From the NCBI RefSeq assembly GCF_006345805.1, contig NC_043006.1:99200001-99264000 (forward strand): a stretch of DNA of 64,000 bases, read 5' to 3'. This document shows, piece by piece, positions 25,860 through 39,431 of the stretch. Within the stretch, counting starts at the first letter, position 1. Each line of letters begins with the position of its first letter. Below the pieces are notes generated by a model. It did not search any database, was not told where the DNA came from, and worked only from the letters and a program-made list of their open reading frames with translations. Origin of the DNA: Octopus sinensis. Taxonomy: Eukaryota. The position numbers and the translations under genes were made by a program.

Positions 25860-27790
25860 TAACTATATCTCCTTTGACAGTAAAGCCATAATTAAGCTAG
25901 TTGCTGTAGAATTCAAATTCTGCGAGACAGCTGCTCAGTTGGGAGAGAGTGGTGCCTTTCAAATCCATAAAATATTTTCGTCCATATGTTTGCATTTGCT
26001 GACAATTTCGGATCTCGAATTCAGTAAGATCATGGAATTCTTATATCTAGAAGAAATATGTAATCTTTCAGTTACTCATAATTTGCATTTCTTTGACACG
26101 TTAACATATAGAATATATCACTACTGGACTGCATGCGCTGTGCCGTTGGTGTTCAAAGCTCCATATGTAGCTAACAAACTTAGTGACTTTAGTTTCGGCA
26201 ACATCCGGTTGCGGCCTGGAAGGTATTGTTTTGTGCCAGAAAGGATATTAATCTCGTGTTGCACACTTACTAAATTGAAAATACTTTTCTTTTAATGCTA
26301 TTCCGCATGCAGTTTACTTCGAAATATTTCATTTTGTCTATAAATATTCATGTTGTAGATGTAGTTTTGTACATACAACGGTAAATGAGCTAATAAATTG
26401 ACAATCGATAACCCAGCAATTTATCCTCAGCGACGAATATCTTTGAAGGAAAATAGACAGGCCATTGAAAAAGAGCCAATGTAAACACTGACTATGAAAT
26501 CGCAATATTCTGACGAAAGGTAAGCACTAAATTTAATATCATATTTGCAGCACAGTTTCTTATATATCATAATTCATATTAGGTTGCAAATCGCAAAAGA
26601 AGGTCCTGTACATATATAACTGTATGTGTACCCCTTATATTCAGTTGTGATGCAATAATTAACAAACTGGTAATTACATAAGTAATAAAGTTCATACATA
26701 GGCTTTTATCCAAACAGCATGCAATATACAGCTGTAAACATGTTTAAAGTATATAACTGTACTGTGTGTAGTCTTCACAGCCACTGATTGCATTCTTCAA
26801 ATTTCCCTTGAGTTACATCTAATTTAATGATATACCTTCTATAAATAAGAGCTTAAATAAACTGGGTCGAGCTATTCGCATTTATAAGTTTCTGATATTT
26901 TGCCGATGTGTTAATTCAATTAATAAATGAGCAGTTAGTAAATACTGCTATATATAAATGCTAAACTCTAATGCACAATGTATCTGTATGTTTTTTTTCT
27001 AACAGTGTTTTGCAGCTAGAATACCTTCGGAGATAGATTTTGAGGGTTCAATCCGCTGATATTGATATATTCATTGTAAACCATATATCCTTCTAATTAA
27101 TGAATGTAGAAAATGGGCGAATACTGTATACCCTTCAGTTAAATACGTTTATAATAATTCCTTTACATTTGTCAATTTAAATCAGGCTCAATCGAATTTT
27201 GTTTGAATCTTCTCTAATTCAATAAAATAAAACCTAGTACAATAAAATTAGATACAGAGTGTAATACCTGTTATCAGTCTCGTAAAATGTGTTACCAAAA
27301 TATCTTACCAAAGTAAGATATTTTTACTAATTTACTGAGTACATATTAATACTACTGAAGGATTGTATCTATGATGCACATGTAAATTCAATAACAATAA
27401 AATGAAATTTAATTGACTTGAATATATTATTTGGAAAGTCTATGAATAATTCCGCAATCGATATTGGTTTGAATAATTTACTTCCAACATACGTATTCCA
27501 TAAAATCTTTCCAAGCAGCTGCAGAGGTATTACTAATGGCGTATATGTCATTTAAAATATCATTTCTACATTTATATTTTAAATTAATGGATTATGGCAT
27601 GTAACATACTTTCATTGCTGGGAAAGCAATGTGAAATCATTAAAGTGGTATCATTGATTCCTCACACTGTCACAAGGCTTCGAATATTTATAGCATAGAT
27701 TTTATAATCGCGGCAATCTGTGTCACCAGCGAATGTGTATGAATTTAATGTAGAAGAATCGGTTCCTTCTAATAATTTGTAAAGGTATCT
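25860..27790 (-). pseudogene. Decayed type-C LGR copy (LDLa, LRR, hinge, TM2-ECL2)
   Basis: Features in the expected order: FAGDTDCRD (LDLa), GITLC and FKLTNVKELL (LRR), YIACCLDKSLC (hinge), SIVNLLAHLPLY..IYRQNEIFRSKL (TM2-ECL1), YPF, SYIWS, IFYGFERHHSLP. Confidence 0.55.
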
Positions 27791-27798
27791 TTAGCATT

Positions 27799-28025
27799 TA
27801 CCGTTTATTTGCTTCAGTCATTCGACTGCGGTCATGTCGGAGCACCGCCTTCAAACAATACGACACGAAAATTTAATATTTTTAAAAGTCTCGTACTTAT
27901 TCTATCGGTCACTTTCGTCAAACCACTATGTTGTGGGGACGTAACACACCAACACCGGTTGTCAAGTGGCGGTGGGGTCAAACACAAATCCACCCATACA
28001 TATACACACACATGCATATATATAT

Positions 28026-28093
<68 letters not shown>

Positions 28094-28094
28094 C

Positions 28095-28147
<53 letters not shown>

Positions 28148-28540
28148 TAGTTTTATAATTATGTACATAATTATAACAAGGCATTGGCTTTACGCCTCCC
28201 CATGCACATGGGAAATAGACGCTAAATGTCCTATTACTACCTTAAAATCTTCGAGAATAACGATATAGTGTATGCGAGCAAAAGAAAAGTAATGCATCAA
28301 CAACTTTTCGGTTAACCGCGTGTGTTATTCTCGGAGATTTTAAGGTGCTAATAAGGCATTTAGCATCTATTTCTACAGTGCGTGGAGAGTCGTAAATCCA
28401 ATCCCTTGCTATAATTATGTATATAATTATAATATTAGTTTGTAAAATTTACCTATGATTTCTATTTTGGCTATAGTAGTAATCACTCAACCCGGAAACA
28501 TTTGGTTGGGAAGCAAGTTTCTTACCACACCGCTGCAACC
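27799..28540 (-). mobile_element. Family-B SINE split by a microsatellite expansion and a foldback insertion
   Basis: 3' part at 27799-28000 (CAGTCATTCGACTGCGGTCATG...) and head remnant at ~28482-28540 (...GCAAGTTTCTTACCACAC), both homologous to 6519-6993. Confidence 0.7.
28153..28432. mobile_element. MITE/foldback element with ~109-bp imperfect TIRs
   Basis: Arms 28153-28261 and 28324-28432 are reverse complements (roughly 85% by eye) around a 62-bp spacer. The left arm starts with the perfect palindrome TTATAATTATGTACATAATTATAA. Confidence 0.8.
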
Positions 28541-28559
28541 ATATAGATGTATTATATAC

Positions 28560-28745
28560 AAACATATATAGCTATACATTCATATATACATATATACATA
28601 CATACACACATACATGCATGCGTACATACATACATACATACATACATACATACATACATACATACATACATACATGCATACATGCATACATACATACATA
28701 CATACATACATACATACATACATACATACATACATACATACATAG
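28560..28745. repeat. (CATA)n microsatellite
   Basis: Visible tandem CATA/CATG. Confidence 0.95.
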
Positions 28746-28929
28746 ATTCGCACATACGCATATATGTAAATGATGATTATAGACTTTCGAATGAACAACG
28801 TATTATTCTCCGAGAGAATTTTATGACAAAGTATATTTCAAAAGTGTGTGATTGTACATATATGAGAAAACCTACGCAGATAATGGGATACATAAACAAT
28901 ACTTCCGTTAATACAATTAAAGTTTTCTA

Positions 28930-29800
28930 AAGCAGGTATTGCTTAATTAATATCATATTTACTATCTTTTATAAGCCAGACATGGTGCCAGATACGATGC
29001 CAGATTACGAGTTGCGTTCATTAACCAAATGATAACGTATACGGTGCATGGTGCACGTAAGGATATAGCATGTTTACACGTTGACAGGACCGCCTTAATA
29101 TTTGTATATAAATACAAATATTAAAATACACTTGAAAGAGTGAATACCTAATTTCCACGGATATGGGAATGACAGGGTGTATAATTTGTTAATGTGGATT
29201 CCGATTTCACTGATATCAACCTTACTTCATTGTATTCCAGGGTTGCAAATAGTAAGATAATCAAATCATATATGGGATTAGGCCGTCTGCTAGAAACATA
29301 AGTTACAACAATGTTAGAGTTCCATCCTTGGTTACAGTCTCTTCAATCAATGTAAATTTCTGGTACAAAAAGTTAATTGGCTGCATGTGTGTATATGTAT
29401 CTGTGTTCACCTTAGTCATACATTTATACCAGTTATTTATCTCAAATAAATGATAAGTGTGGCGATTCATCGATGCAAATGTAATGCACAAGCTTGCATT
29501 TCTTTTGGTAATTTGATGTATTACTATATATTCCTTTTGATAGTATAAGTAGCAGAAGACAGAATATACTATGTAAGGCACCGAATAGCTAAAATAATTC
29601 CGCAATGAATATTCTTAGAAATATATTCATCGAAAGACAGAAATGTAGAAAAGTTATTACTGATGCACATCTTATTTGTTTTTATCCCAATTTCTTTTAG
29701 AAATGCACTGCCCGTTCTTCCAGTAATATCAGTCTTAGTTGAAATATTAACATTATAGATTTCTTCTTTCTGTATTCTAAGAATTTAATAAAAAATATTA
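28930..29800 (-). pseudogene. LGR-type 7TM remnant (TM3 onward)
   Basis: IAELF*LFGALHSIFCLLLLILS (TM3-like), MQPINFL and INKLYTLS (TM7-like) appear in broken frames. Confidence 0.35.
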
Positions 29801-29879
29801 TTATTTATGAAATTTATGCCTATATATACATAATCATCAATGTTATATGTTTTAATTGCAATAATCGGAGAAGAATTAG

Positions 29880-31070
29880 GCTTCTATTTGTCCCCAGGGT
29901 GGTCTTCGGTATCGTCTTCTTAAGACGGCTGCAACGAGTGGTGGAGGAGAGGCTCCGAGACGAGGCACGATGCGGGCGGTCGTGCAATGAACAAATCTTC
30001 ACGTGGCGCAAAATTATCGAACAAAGCCTGGAATATCAGCAACGGCAATCAATCATTTTAAATTCATTTTGTCAAGGCATTGGACAGCGAACACCGGAGT
30101 TCATTGCGGTGCATCGCTCGTGACTTCATCATTCCCGAGCGTATTGTCGACGTCTTTCAGAGCCTTTACATCGAGTCTCGGTGCTGCATTCGAACGGACA
30201 TGGGCTATACCGACTACTTTGTCATTGAGACCGGTGTACGGCAAGCGTCCATTGTATCCCCTCTCCTATTTATTATGGCAATCGACATCGTCATGAGCGG
30301 GACTATGCAGATTCGAGATTCCGTGGTGTTGGGCGGGGCGCCTGGCTGACCGCGACTTCGCCGATGACAGAGAGATTGGAACGGGAGGCGGCTATGACCG
30401 GACTCTGTATAAGTGCAAAGAAGACGGAGATCATGGCGATTGGATATATCGATGGGAACAATTATCGTGTCCTCTTCATCATTGGACAACACCAACTCGA
30501 TGAAGTTCATGGGTTTACCTACATGGGCAGCGACGTGGTCAACAACGGAGACTCAGAACGAGATGTTGCTTGCGGATTGGGAAGGCATCGGCTGTCTTTC
30601 AAAGACGCAAACCCATCTGGGCAAGCAGGCCGATCTCCACCAAGAGCAAAGTGCGGCTCTTCAACAGCACCATGATACCATCGGCAATATACGCGGTGGA
30701 AACATGGAAAACATTGGCAAAGATTGCGCGAATGATCAATGCATTTCAGCTAAGATAACTCCGGCGGATACTACTAATATCATACCCAGAACACATCACC
30801 AACAACAAGATACATCGGTGAGCTGATATCCGTCCACTCCATGAGGTTGTCATTGCGATTCGCAGGCCCCGTCCCCCAATTTAACATCGTCACCGCTATT
30901 TTGTGGATGCCACACATGACAAGTGTAAACAAGAGAGGCTAAAAGCGACTTGGTACCGCACCTTCATTGATTACCTCAAAACCATTGATGTTTCATGGGA
31001 TGAAGCTGAAATCGCCGCTCCCGAAACCTTACCACCCAATGCGTCACTCGGCGGAGGAGGACCAAGATTA
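29880..31070 (+). mobile_element. Degenerate RTE-clade LINE, 3' part (RT)
   Basis: GRSCNEQIFTWRKIIEQ, TGVRQASIVSPLLFIMAID, ISAKKTEIM, FTYMGS, RIGKASAVF..IWASRPISTKSKVRLFNS, YAVETW. RTE-like 3' end CCCAATGCGTC. Confidence 0.88.
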
Positions 31071-31257
31071 AGTTATATGTGTTATCATATCATTCAAAAA
31101 CATTATTGTTTTACTAATTGCAGGTGTGTGGATGAATAAGCGTACCAAGGGTATGAACATATGAATAAAATTTCTCGCTCATTACTTCATAGAAAATATA
31201 TTACCTGCGGATTAATTGGTGCAAGTTAAACGTGTTTCATAATAATAGACACGAAAT

Positions 31258-31490
31258 AAGGCGGTGAGATCGCAGAATCTACAGCACGCAGGGCAAAATA
31301 GGTCATTCTTTTCGTTCAGGGATACAATTCAATCAAGGTCAATTTTGCCTTTCATCTTTCAGGGGTCCATAAAATAAGTCCCAGTTCAACACTGAGGTTG
31401 ATGCAATTGACTAACTCTCATCCCAGAAACTCACCCGCTCCTCCGAAATGTTTGGCCATGTTCCAAAATTTGAAAGTATTATGAGCACGA
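31258..31490 (+). mobile_element. Diverged family-A Nin/Deu SINE
   Basis: Head AGGCGGTGAGATCGCAGAATC and core GTCAATTTTGCCTTTCATCTTTCAGGGGTCCATAAAATAAGT. Confidence 0.7.
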
Positions 31491-31549
31491 AATATATGAG
31501 AAAGGGGGAAAAAACATTAGTGTATTTTAGCCAAATAGATTGTAAACGT

Positions 31550-33200
31550 TAAAACACCCAGGCAAATGGTGCTGTACCAAAATAAATCGAGTACGCCGAT
31601 TCCTAATCTGAACTTCGAATTGCTGTAGCATGTCAGGAGTTTGAGTTATGCGCATAATTATGTATTAACACTATATTAGAATCACGAATAGTTAAGTTCA
31701 AGTTAAATAATTATTATAATAGTACATTAGTACTGTATATAGTAAATTTATGTTCAAGGCAAATAATATTATACTGCAATGTTACATAGTATATTTATGT
31801 TAAGGGAATGCTCAGTTCAGAAATGTTTGAGACACTTGCTCTTGCTCTTGCGATCATGCATCGTGCTGTTCTCGCGTTGTAGGAACCAACAGTAGTCACG
31901 CATCATGTGTGGATTGAACTGGCGAACCTCTTACCATGCTCATCACTAACGGCAACAAGATTCGTGGGAAAAAATCGAGATGAGAATGCAAGTAATGCAT
32001 TTAAGGGACATTCGGCATCCCATTCTTTCATACATTGTTAGCATGCTATATATTAAATCAGCGTAGTCTTCAACTCTATGATTTTAAAGAAAGTTCTGTA
32101 CAACTAACATATGAATTCCATGCCGTCAGCTCAACTGGATTCAGTTTACCTCTGAATTTGCTATCAGATATCAATTCTCTGATCTCACGTCCAATGAAGC
32201 CTTTCATGAGACAAAGCTTGATGTGAAGGGGTGGAAGAAAGATATTTTATGGGTCTACCAGTGGCTATGCGCTCATCTCTTTTAGGCCAGTCTGTTACAG
32301 TTTAATGATTCCTGTCGTTGCGGCAGTTCCAAACACGCAAGAATCACATATCCTTGCTGCATTCCTAAGATGTGGTAAATCACATTTATATCACCAGAAA
32401 TATTCCACTTGTGAACTGAGTAATAAACTCATTTCCGAAAGAGTTCTATCGATTCATATGTTTCTGGTATACTGACAACATGTACCACAGGAATCTAAGC
32501 TTTTTCTTACCTTTATGTGACAACAAAGCTTTGAGGCTAACCTTACTCGCGACAATAAGCAACCTCCATTCGTTAGCCGCATGCGTGTGTCCTAGTTATT
32601 GCATGATTGCATTAAGGCCAGTACAGGAACAGGCATTATTTCCTTGCTTGAAAAAAGCGAGATAAGCCTTTATAACGAGAACAGAAAATGGAAATGTTCG
32701 TACCTTCCTGTAGGAGATTCCATTGTTCCTTTGACAATGCTAGGTCTCTTGCTAAATCGTTCAAATCTTCTTGATTAAACTAGCATGGCTCATTTTTCTT
32801 AGAATCACTTACGTACTCTTCTTCGATAGGAGAGTGCGACGTGTCAGGAATTTCAAATGAAGCATGTGAGAGGAGAACTGGGACAGGATTTTCGAAGTCA
32901 TGTGGGACAGGTTTTAGAGTCGTCTTACAAACTGCATGCACAATTCTTTCGCTTTGGTCTTCTTTTAGAAACCACTACTATTTTTCATGCAAAAGTAAAA
33001 ATCATAGACACGATTGCTTAGCTCACGCCATACCATTATTACAGCAAAAGGTATTACCTTCCGAATTCCATTCATCCACTGTGTAAGCCCTGAGTAACAT
33101 ACAGTGCAGCATATATGAGGTTCCCACTTCTTGTCTTGGTCCCTCATTTTACATCCGAAATAATATTTATAAGCAATTTTTAATTTGGTGACTATGTTGC
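31550..33200 (-). mobile_element. Degenerate DNA transposon, Chapaev3-like transposase, internally deleted
   Basis: YFGCKMRDQDKKWEPHICC..PFAVIMVWRE..DFYFC, EWRLLIVASKVSLKALL, PLVDP..FLPPLHIKL and HYLHSHLDFFPTNLVAVSDEHG. The family name comes from motif recall, and the termini are uncertain. Confidence 0.7.
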
Positions 33201-34230
33201 CCCGCTGGTCACGCGGGGCAATTTTCTACGGTCATAACAAAAGTTGTCTGGGTGATTCACACAGTCTCTCCTATTCATGATCTAACGCAATGAACACAGT
33301 TGAAACAGTAATGACGCAGAGCGAGAGATATACATAGCACATGTGATGACAGGGCAAACGAGACTGAGGGTTACCAAGAACAAACTGACGTATTTGGCGC
33401 TTGCACACAATACGTCAGCGCCATCTAAACTTAATAATGACATTTCTTATCGTTTGATTTATTGCTGTTATTTCTTAAATTTTCAATTAAGACCGCTTTC
33501 ATTTTAGCAAATTTTATAATACGGCTTATATCTAGCCGAAATTATAATTATAATCTTGCGCATGAGCTTAACTCAAGATCCTGTCGTGATAGAACAATTC
33601 TAGTGTAATACAAGCTAACAAGAATTTATACCTGATATAAATAGCAGACAGATGTGCTTGGAATCAATTGCAACATGAATGTATATATGACCATATAAAT
33701 AGACATTTATGCGCGCGCGTGTGTGTGTGTATGTGTGTGTATGTGTGTATGCGCGCGCGTATATATGTATGTGCGTGTATATATGTACATATGTATAAAT
33801 ATGTATCGAATCAAAGAGGGATTAATAAGGGATTAGTATCGAAGGAAGACTGCTTCTTAAGCTCTCTGTACATAAAAATACACCAGGTTAAAAAAGAAGT
33901 TATGCGATCGGAATTTTACTCCCAGTAATCCGACATCAAAGTCCGTCACCAAATAAGATTGTAAGCCCATGATTCTGATAACGTTTAAGAAGATATGTTT
34001 TTACATTGATACTGAAAATAAACAGATATAATGGGTTACATACATTTATTTATTAATAGTTTACAGTTAGTTCAGACATGGGTTTTTTGTGGTTTCCTGG
34101 TTCAACCGTATCAATCGATCGCCTGAAAACACAGGGAACAAACACGACATCTTCCTCCGTACTGCAACAAACCAACTGCCAAATAAAAGCGTATAGAGAA
34201 ATGTGGTTAGTCGCTTTATTAGCGAACAAA

Positions 34231-34445
34231 GGTGTCCAGCTGGCGGAATCGTTAGCACGCTGGGCGTAAGGCTTAGCAGTATTGTGTCTGAACTCACGTT
34301 TTGAGTTGAAATGACGCCGGGGTCGACTTTTCCGTTTCATCCTTTCGGGGATCGATAAATTAAGTACCATCTACGCACTGGGCTCGGTATAATCGACTCG
34401 TCTCCTTCCTTCAAATTTCAGGCCTTGTGTCTTTAGTAGAAATCA
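34231..34445 (+). mobile_element. Family-A Nin/Deu SINE
   Basis: CTGGCGGAATCGTTAGCACG...GGTCGACTTTTCCGTTTCATCCTTTCGGGGATCGATAAATTAAGTACC. Confidence 0.85.
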
Positions 34446-35684
34446 TTACCGAACTTGGTCATCTATTTTTTGTCATCAAACTTAGGCCATTGTTGGCTCA
34501 TACTACAGGCTCATACTACAGGCTGAACAATATTGACATCAGGTAGTCAGGGATAAATAGGTAAAGAAATCTTACTAACTTGTTATGGTCAGTGGAAGAT
34601 TGTTGGCGGTCGCCAATATATTTGGGAGAAAAATGCCGAGGAGAAGAAGACAGCAAAACAATTAACAGAACTGATTTATTATTTAAATCGAAAGTAATAA
34701 AATCTATTTGCCTTGTTTATACAAATATACATATATGTGTATGTGCGCTCGTGTGTGCATGCGTGTGTGTGTATATATATATATGTGTCTGTGTGTATGT
34801 GTGTGTACATATATGCGGAAATAGTTTCTTGTATGCTTGCGTGCATGTATGTATGTAGATAAATTACCATGTTAATAAGTAAAACACACTTATGTGCCAA
34901 GTTGAAAATGATTATACAAATTTGTTTAAACAAATCTTACGTATGCTTGAGTATATCACAAGTATGTATTATAAATGACAGTAGTTATTATTATTCAATT
35001 ATTAATTATTTAATCAAGAAATTAATTAAATAATTCAAATCCAATCAGAATTACGCTGTATATAATTTTACAACAGATGAAATATCATTCTACTCTATAT
35101 TGAGTTTGTAAGAAACATGATAAAGAAGAGAAACTCTTAAGGGGGCGTCAGTTAATTAAGTTATAATCATCTTCTACGTTTATCTTCCTATGGTATGTAA
35201 TTTATAAAGGCAGCAATCATCATTACTCGTGAAATATTATTACATAATTTATCAAAAGCGTAGATGTTCAGAAACTAAATATTAATCTAACATAAATATT
35301 ACCGAAGTGTAATTAGTTCAAAATTTAATATAATTAACCATATGGGTACTATAGTATGTTACGTCTTATATGAGTACGTGCGTCCGTGTGGGTGGCTTGA
35401 TGAATTATTGACCAAACTTAATCCGAAATTGGCAATAAATAGATTTTCCCCAAGGTATTATTTTGTTAACTTACTCCCCATTTATTACATCGTCTATTTA
35501 GTAGCGTTGGCACGCAGCTGAATATTCTTTCCTCAACACTCAGAATCACTCTAACAGACACGCATATATGCCTATGTAAACACGCAATTATATAAGTATA
35601 TTTGTGCGTATATACATTTATATATTAGCATGTATGTATGTATGTAGGTAGGTATGTATGTGTGCGTATGTTTATGCATGTATA

Positions 35685-36526
35685 CAGGCTGCGGTAAATA
35701 ATGTATCTACATTATGCAAAAATGACAATAAAACTGACTTCTCATTTTAACAGATATTTTCATCAAAATTACATAAAAATATCTTCAAATACTAAAGAGT
35801 AAGTTTATTTAATAATATCGCCATTGGCTTTAACGACGGCATCCAGAAGACTTCAGAATCCCCTGCAATTCTTCTGGGCGGCCACCTTATTTAAGATGGT
35901 AAATGCTGCCATAATGCTGCTAAAAGGAGTTTGGTAGTGTCTTGCTCAACTGCACCCCTCACATAATTGTGAAGTGGGGTTGCAACCTGGGGCGATAGGT
36001 GGTCATATTTTAGAGGAAATGAAGTCGCAGAAATTGTCAGACAGCCATGACTGGGTTCTCTTGTTTGTGTGGCCTGGTACAGAGTCCTGTTGCAAAACAG
36101 GGTCTTCCAGCAGCCACCCTCTTGACCGGGGGCAGCACAACCTCATCTAGGCACTTGATGGAGGCCTTTGTACTGAGTGTGAGGCTGTGTAGAAAGATGA
36201 ATGGAAGCATGACGTCGCGATTACTAGTGATCATTCGAAACACCATGATGTTAACTGGGTTGTTGATTTTCATTACTCTCGACACATGTTCCGAGATTGC
36301 ACTGTCCTCAGATTGACACCCAAATACTATGAAATGTTAGTACTGGAACTTTCGGTGCGAATGCCAAGCAGTACACCATGTGGTTTCCAAATTTCTGGCA
36401 GAATAATTTGCGTCATCGTGCTGTTTTTCTCACAGGCTGAACCGACTACAGTGTAGTCAACAAAATCAAAAACAAACAATACACAAATAAAAAAACAAAA
36501 TGGTGATTTTTACCTATCGCAGCTTG
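35685..36526 (-). mobile_element. Internally deleted maT/DD37D-type Tc1-mariner element
   Basis: VMKINNPVNIMVF..DVMLPFIF..CLDEVVLPPVKRVAAGRP, QQDSVP, WPPIAPGCNP and LDAVVKANG. Imperfect TIRs TA-CAGGCTGCG / CGCAGCTTG-TA. Confidence 0.75.
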
Positions 36527-36559
36527 TATATATATTAATTCGAATAACACTGATAACAA

Positions 36560-37039
36560 AGGTTATCCACAGGGTCAACATACTTTCTTGGTCTCTTGGC
36601 TGTTGTTTGCACTCAAACAGTTGTGCGTGGATTGGCTTCTACTAAGGCTATTAGTTGTCGTTGTCAATATCCGATGGCCGACCTCTACACTTATCATCTT
36701 CAAGAATCTCGTCACCGCTAGAAATTTCTTGAACTACCATTGTGTTGTACTTTCATTAGTGGTTCCTGGGCCAAACGCAACGCTGATATCGCGAGCAGTT
36801 TTTTGGTCTAGCTTGAACTGGAATAAGAAAATTGTGTGAATTTGCTTTTTGTCCATGTTGTATTTAACGTACCGGAAGAAAATGGCCTGATTAGTCAAAA
36901 AGAAAACACGATTAGATAGACCGCAAAACGGGCTTTAAAATGATATATAATATCAGAGTATTTTAACGTCAAATAATTTGAAAATACATAATTTAAAACG
37001 AAAATTTAAACTTCCGCAAGAACGTTTTTGACAACCTAA
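36560..37039 (-). mobile_element. 5' fragment of a cecropia/Hsmar1-like mariner
   Basis: TIR TTAGGTTGTCAAAAACGTTCTTGCGG next to TA (37039). Start MDKKQIHTIFLFQFKL..FGPGTTNESTTQW*FKKF/GDEILEDDKCRGRPSDIDND. Confidence 0.8.
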
Positions 37040-37220
37040 TATATATATGAAATTGAAGGACGCAGTGATCCATATAGTTATTTCTATTAATAAAGATATA
37101 CGACAGTTAAACACATATGCATCACATTCTTATGTCATCTAATATTTCTCAAATACTGCATTAGCCTTAATACAATTGATCAATATTTCAAATGAATTGC
37201 AGGGATATATTTGGGCTGTA

Positions 37221-37260
<40 letters not shown>

Positions 37261-37268
<8 letters not shown>

Positions 37269-37482
37269 CCAATTAAGGACTGAACACGAAAAGTGGACAG
37301 TCAACATGCTAGATATAGACGTCAAGTCGCCATTCTCCACAAAAGATTATGTTCTCAGATCAAACTCAGCACAAAAAGTTTGATCTGAGAACATAATCTT
37401 TTGTGGAGAATGGCGATTTGACATCTATATCTAGCATGTTGACTGTCCACTTTTCGTGTTCAGTCCTTAATTGGTATATATA
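37261..37482. repeat. Near-perfect 106-bp inverted repeat with a 10-nt loop (foldback/MITE-like)
   Basis: Arms 37261-37366 and 37377-37482 differ at only 2 positions, both transitions. Loop is CAGCACAAAA. The ends sit in TA dinucleotides. Confidence 0.95.
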
Positions 37483-37575
37483 AATATTTTAATCTTCGGA
37501 TTCTTTTTTAATATGCTAGACCACTGGTCTTAATTGATAAATATCAAATTCTACCTTTAATTAATTTTATATATA

Positions 37576-37607
<32 letters not shown>

Positions 37608-37608
37608 C

Positions 37609-37658
<50 letters not shown>

Positions 37659-38394
37659 GACAGATAGATAGATATTTCGATAGATAGATAGAGTTCTATG
37701 CATTCTGTGTTTCATTGTCGAGATCTTCATCATAATTCAACTCAATTTGGCGTTGGATTGACGTTTGGTTGATATATAGATGCTGGCATATAAACAGTCC
37801 TTTGCCCTATCAAGGGACGCATTCTATACTATCTGTCAGTGGATTTCTCAATAAATCACACAGTACCATATAACATTATTTCTTTGTTTCTTACATTTAG
37901 CAGAAATCTCTCCGCTGTGCAACACCAGTGAGACCCAAACACAACAGGACAACTACTACTCTGCCACGATATTTTTGTAGAAAATTCATATACCCAGTGT
38001 CTCATGTATATCCGCATCACATCTAATATTGGTGTTGAAAACACGATTGCTTAAGTACCGCTGTGTACAGAGGAATACGTAAAATGGCTGGTTGGTCATG
38101 GAATCTAAAGTCAACAAAATACAGCAGAACACCTGTACGAAAATAGACACAATGGAATTATATAAAAATGCATCAGAAGTGTTTAGTCAACTAACTGGTG
38201 ACTAGTTAACTAGTGGCACTGAGTTCAAAGTACCTCCAATTTCTAGAAATTTGCTGCCTCACGAAAAGAATACTGGAAGTGATATCTATATATACATATA
38301 TACATACATACATACATACATACATACATACACACATACATACATACATACATACATACATACATACATACATACATACATACATACATACATA

Positions 38395-38725
38395 CGTCAG
38401 GAGCACTCCGTCGGTTACGACGACGAGGGCCCCAGCTGATACGATCAACGGAACAGCCTGCTCGTGAAATTTACGTGCAAGTGACGGAGAAATCCAACGA
38501 CACGCGTACCCCTAACATAGTTCTCAGGGAGATTCAGCGTGACACAGAGTGTGACAATGCCGGCCCTTTGCAATACAGGTACAACTCATGTTTGCAAGCT
38601 GAATGGACTGGAAATAAAGTGAAATAAAGTGTCTTGCTCAAGGACACAACGCGTCGCCTGGGATCGAAATCCCGATCTTACAATCGTGAGCCGAATGCCC
38701 TAACAACTAAGCCACGAGCCTTCAC
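38395..38725 (-). mobile_element. tRNA-derived CORE-like SINE (family C)
   Basis: Minus head GTGAAGGCTCGTGGCTTAGTTGTTAGG, B box GATTTCGATCC, then GTTGTGTCCTTGAGCAAGACACTT. The tail runs into (TATG)n. Confidence 0.85.
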
Positions 38726-38749
38726 ACATACATACATACATACATACGT

Positions 38750-38798
<49 letters not shown>

Positions 38799-39380
38799 AA
38801 TTTTAGATTAGTTGAAATACTTTTGTCACACACGTACACACACAGACATATAGTTTGCCCTTGTTTATAAATTCTTTATAATTATTTTCACCTTTAAAGG
38901 TATTTTAATATGTTACCACGTTTGATGAATCTCTTTCCGAAAAAATATAGTAGTATATAGTTAGATAAATAGATATAAATTAATATATATGTATTAAATC
39001 CCTATAAACAACCATGTGCAATGTATTACCATAAACGAAAACTATTAATTTCACTAATTGGAACTAATAGTGGTAAGGCGACTACGCTGCAGAAATAAGA
39101 GCTTAAATACTATAAAGCTGTACTGAAGCATGTGCTTGTATACATATATGTTCACAGGGCTGTAAGTGCCCGGAAATACATATATGCTGACGCTGATTGA
39201 ACCTTGATATAGCTGAAACCGAATGTTCAATATAAGGAATTCTCAAATCTTTGTTTTCGGGCGATCACAGCCCCATGAGCATATATGTATATAATTACGT
39301 GTGTTATTACTACATGAGAACAATTTTTGCTAGCAATGGTGGCCTCTTCGCGCCCTTAACAGTATTTCGTGACATATATA

Positions 39381-39427
<47 letters not shown>

Positions 39428-39431
39428 AAGG

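Noticed and set aside
27297-27324. Perfect 12-bp hairpin AAAATATCTTAC-CAAA-GTAAGATATTTT
   Set aside because: Short and AT-rich; plausible by chance or local slippage, and a bacterial-type terminator is irrelevant in this context.
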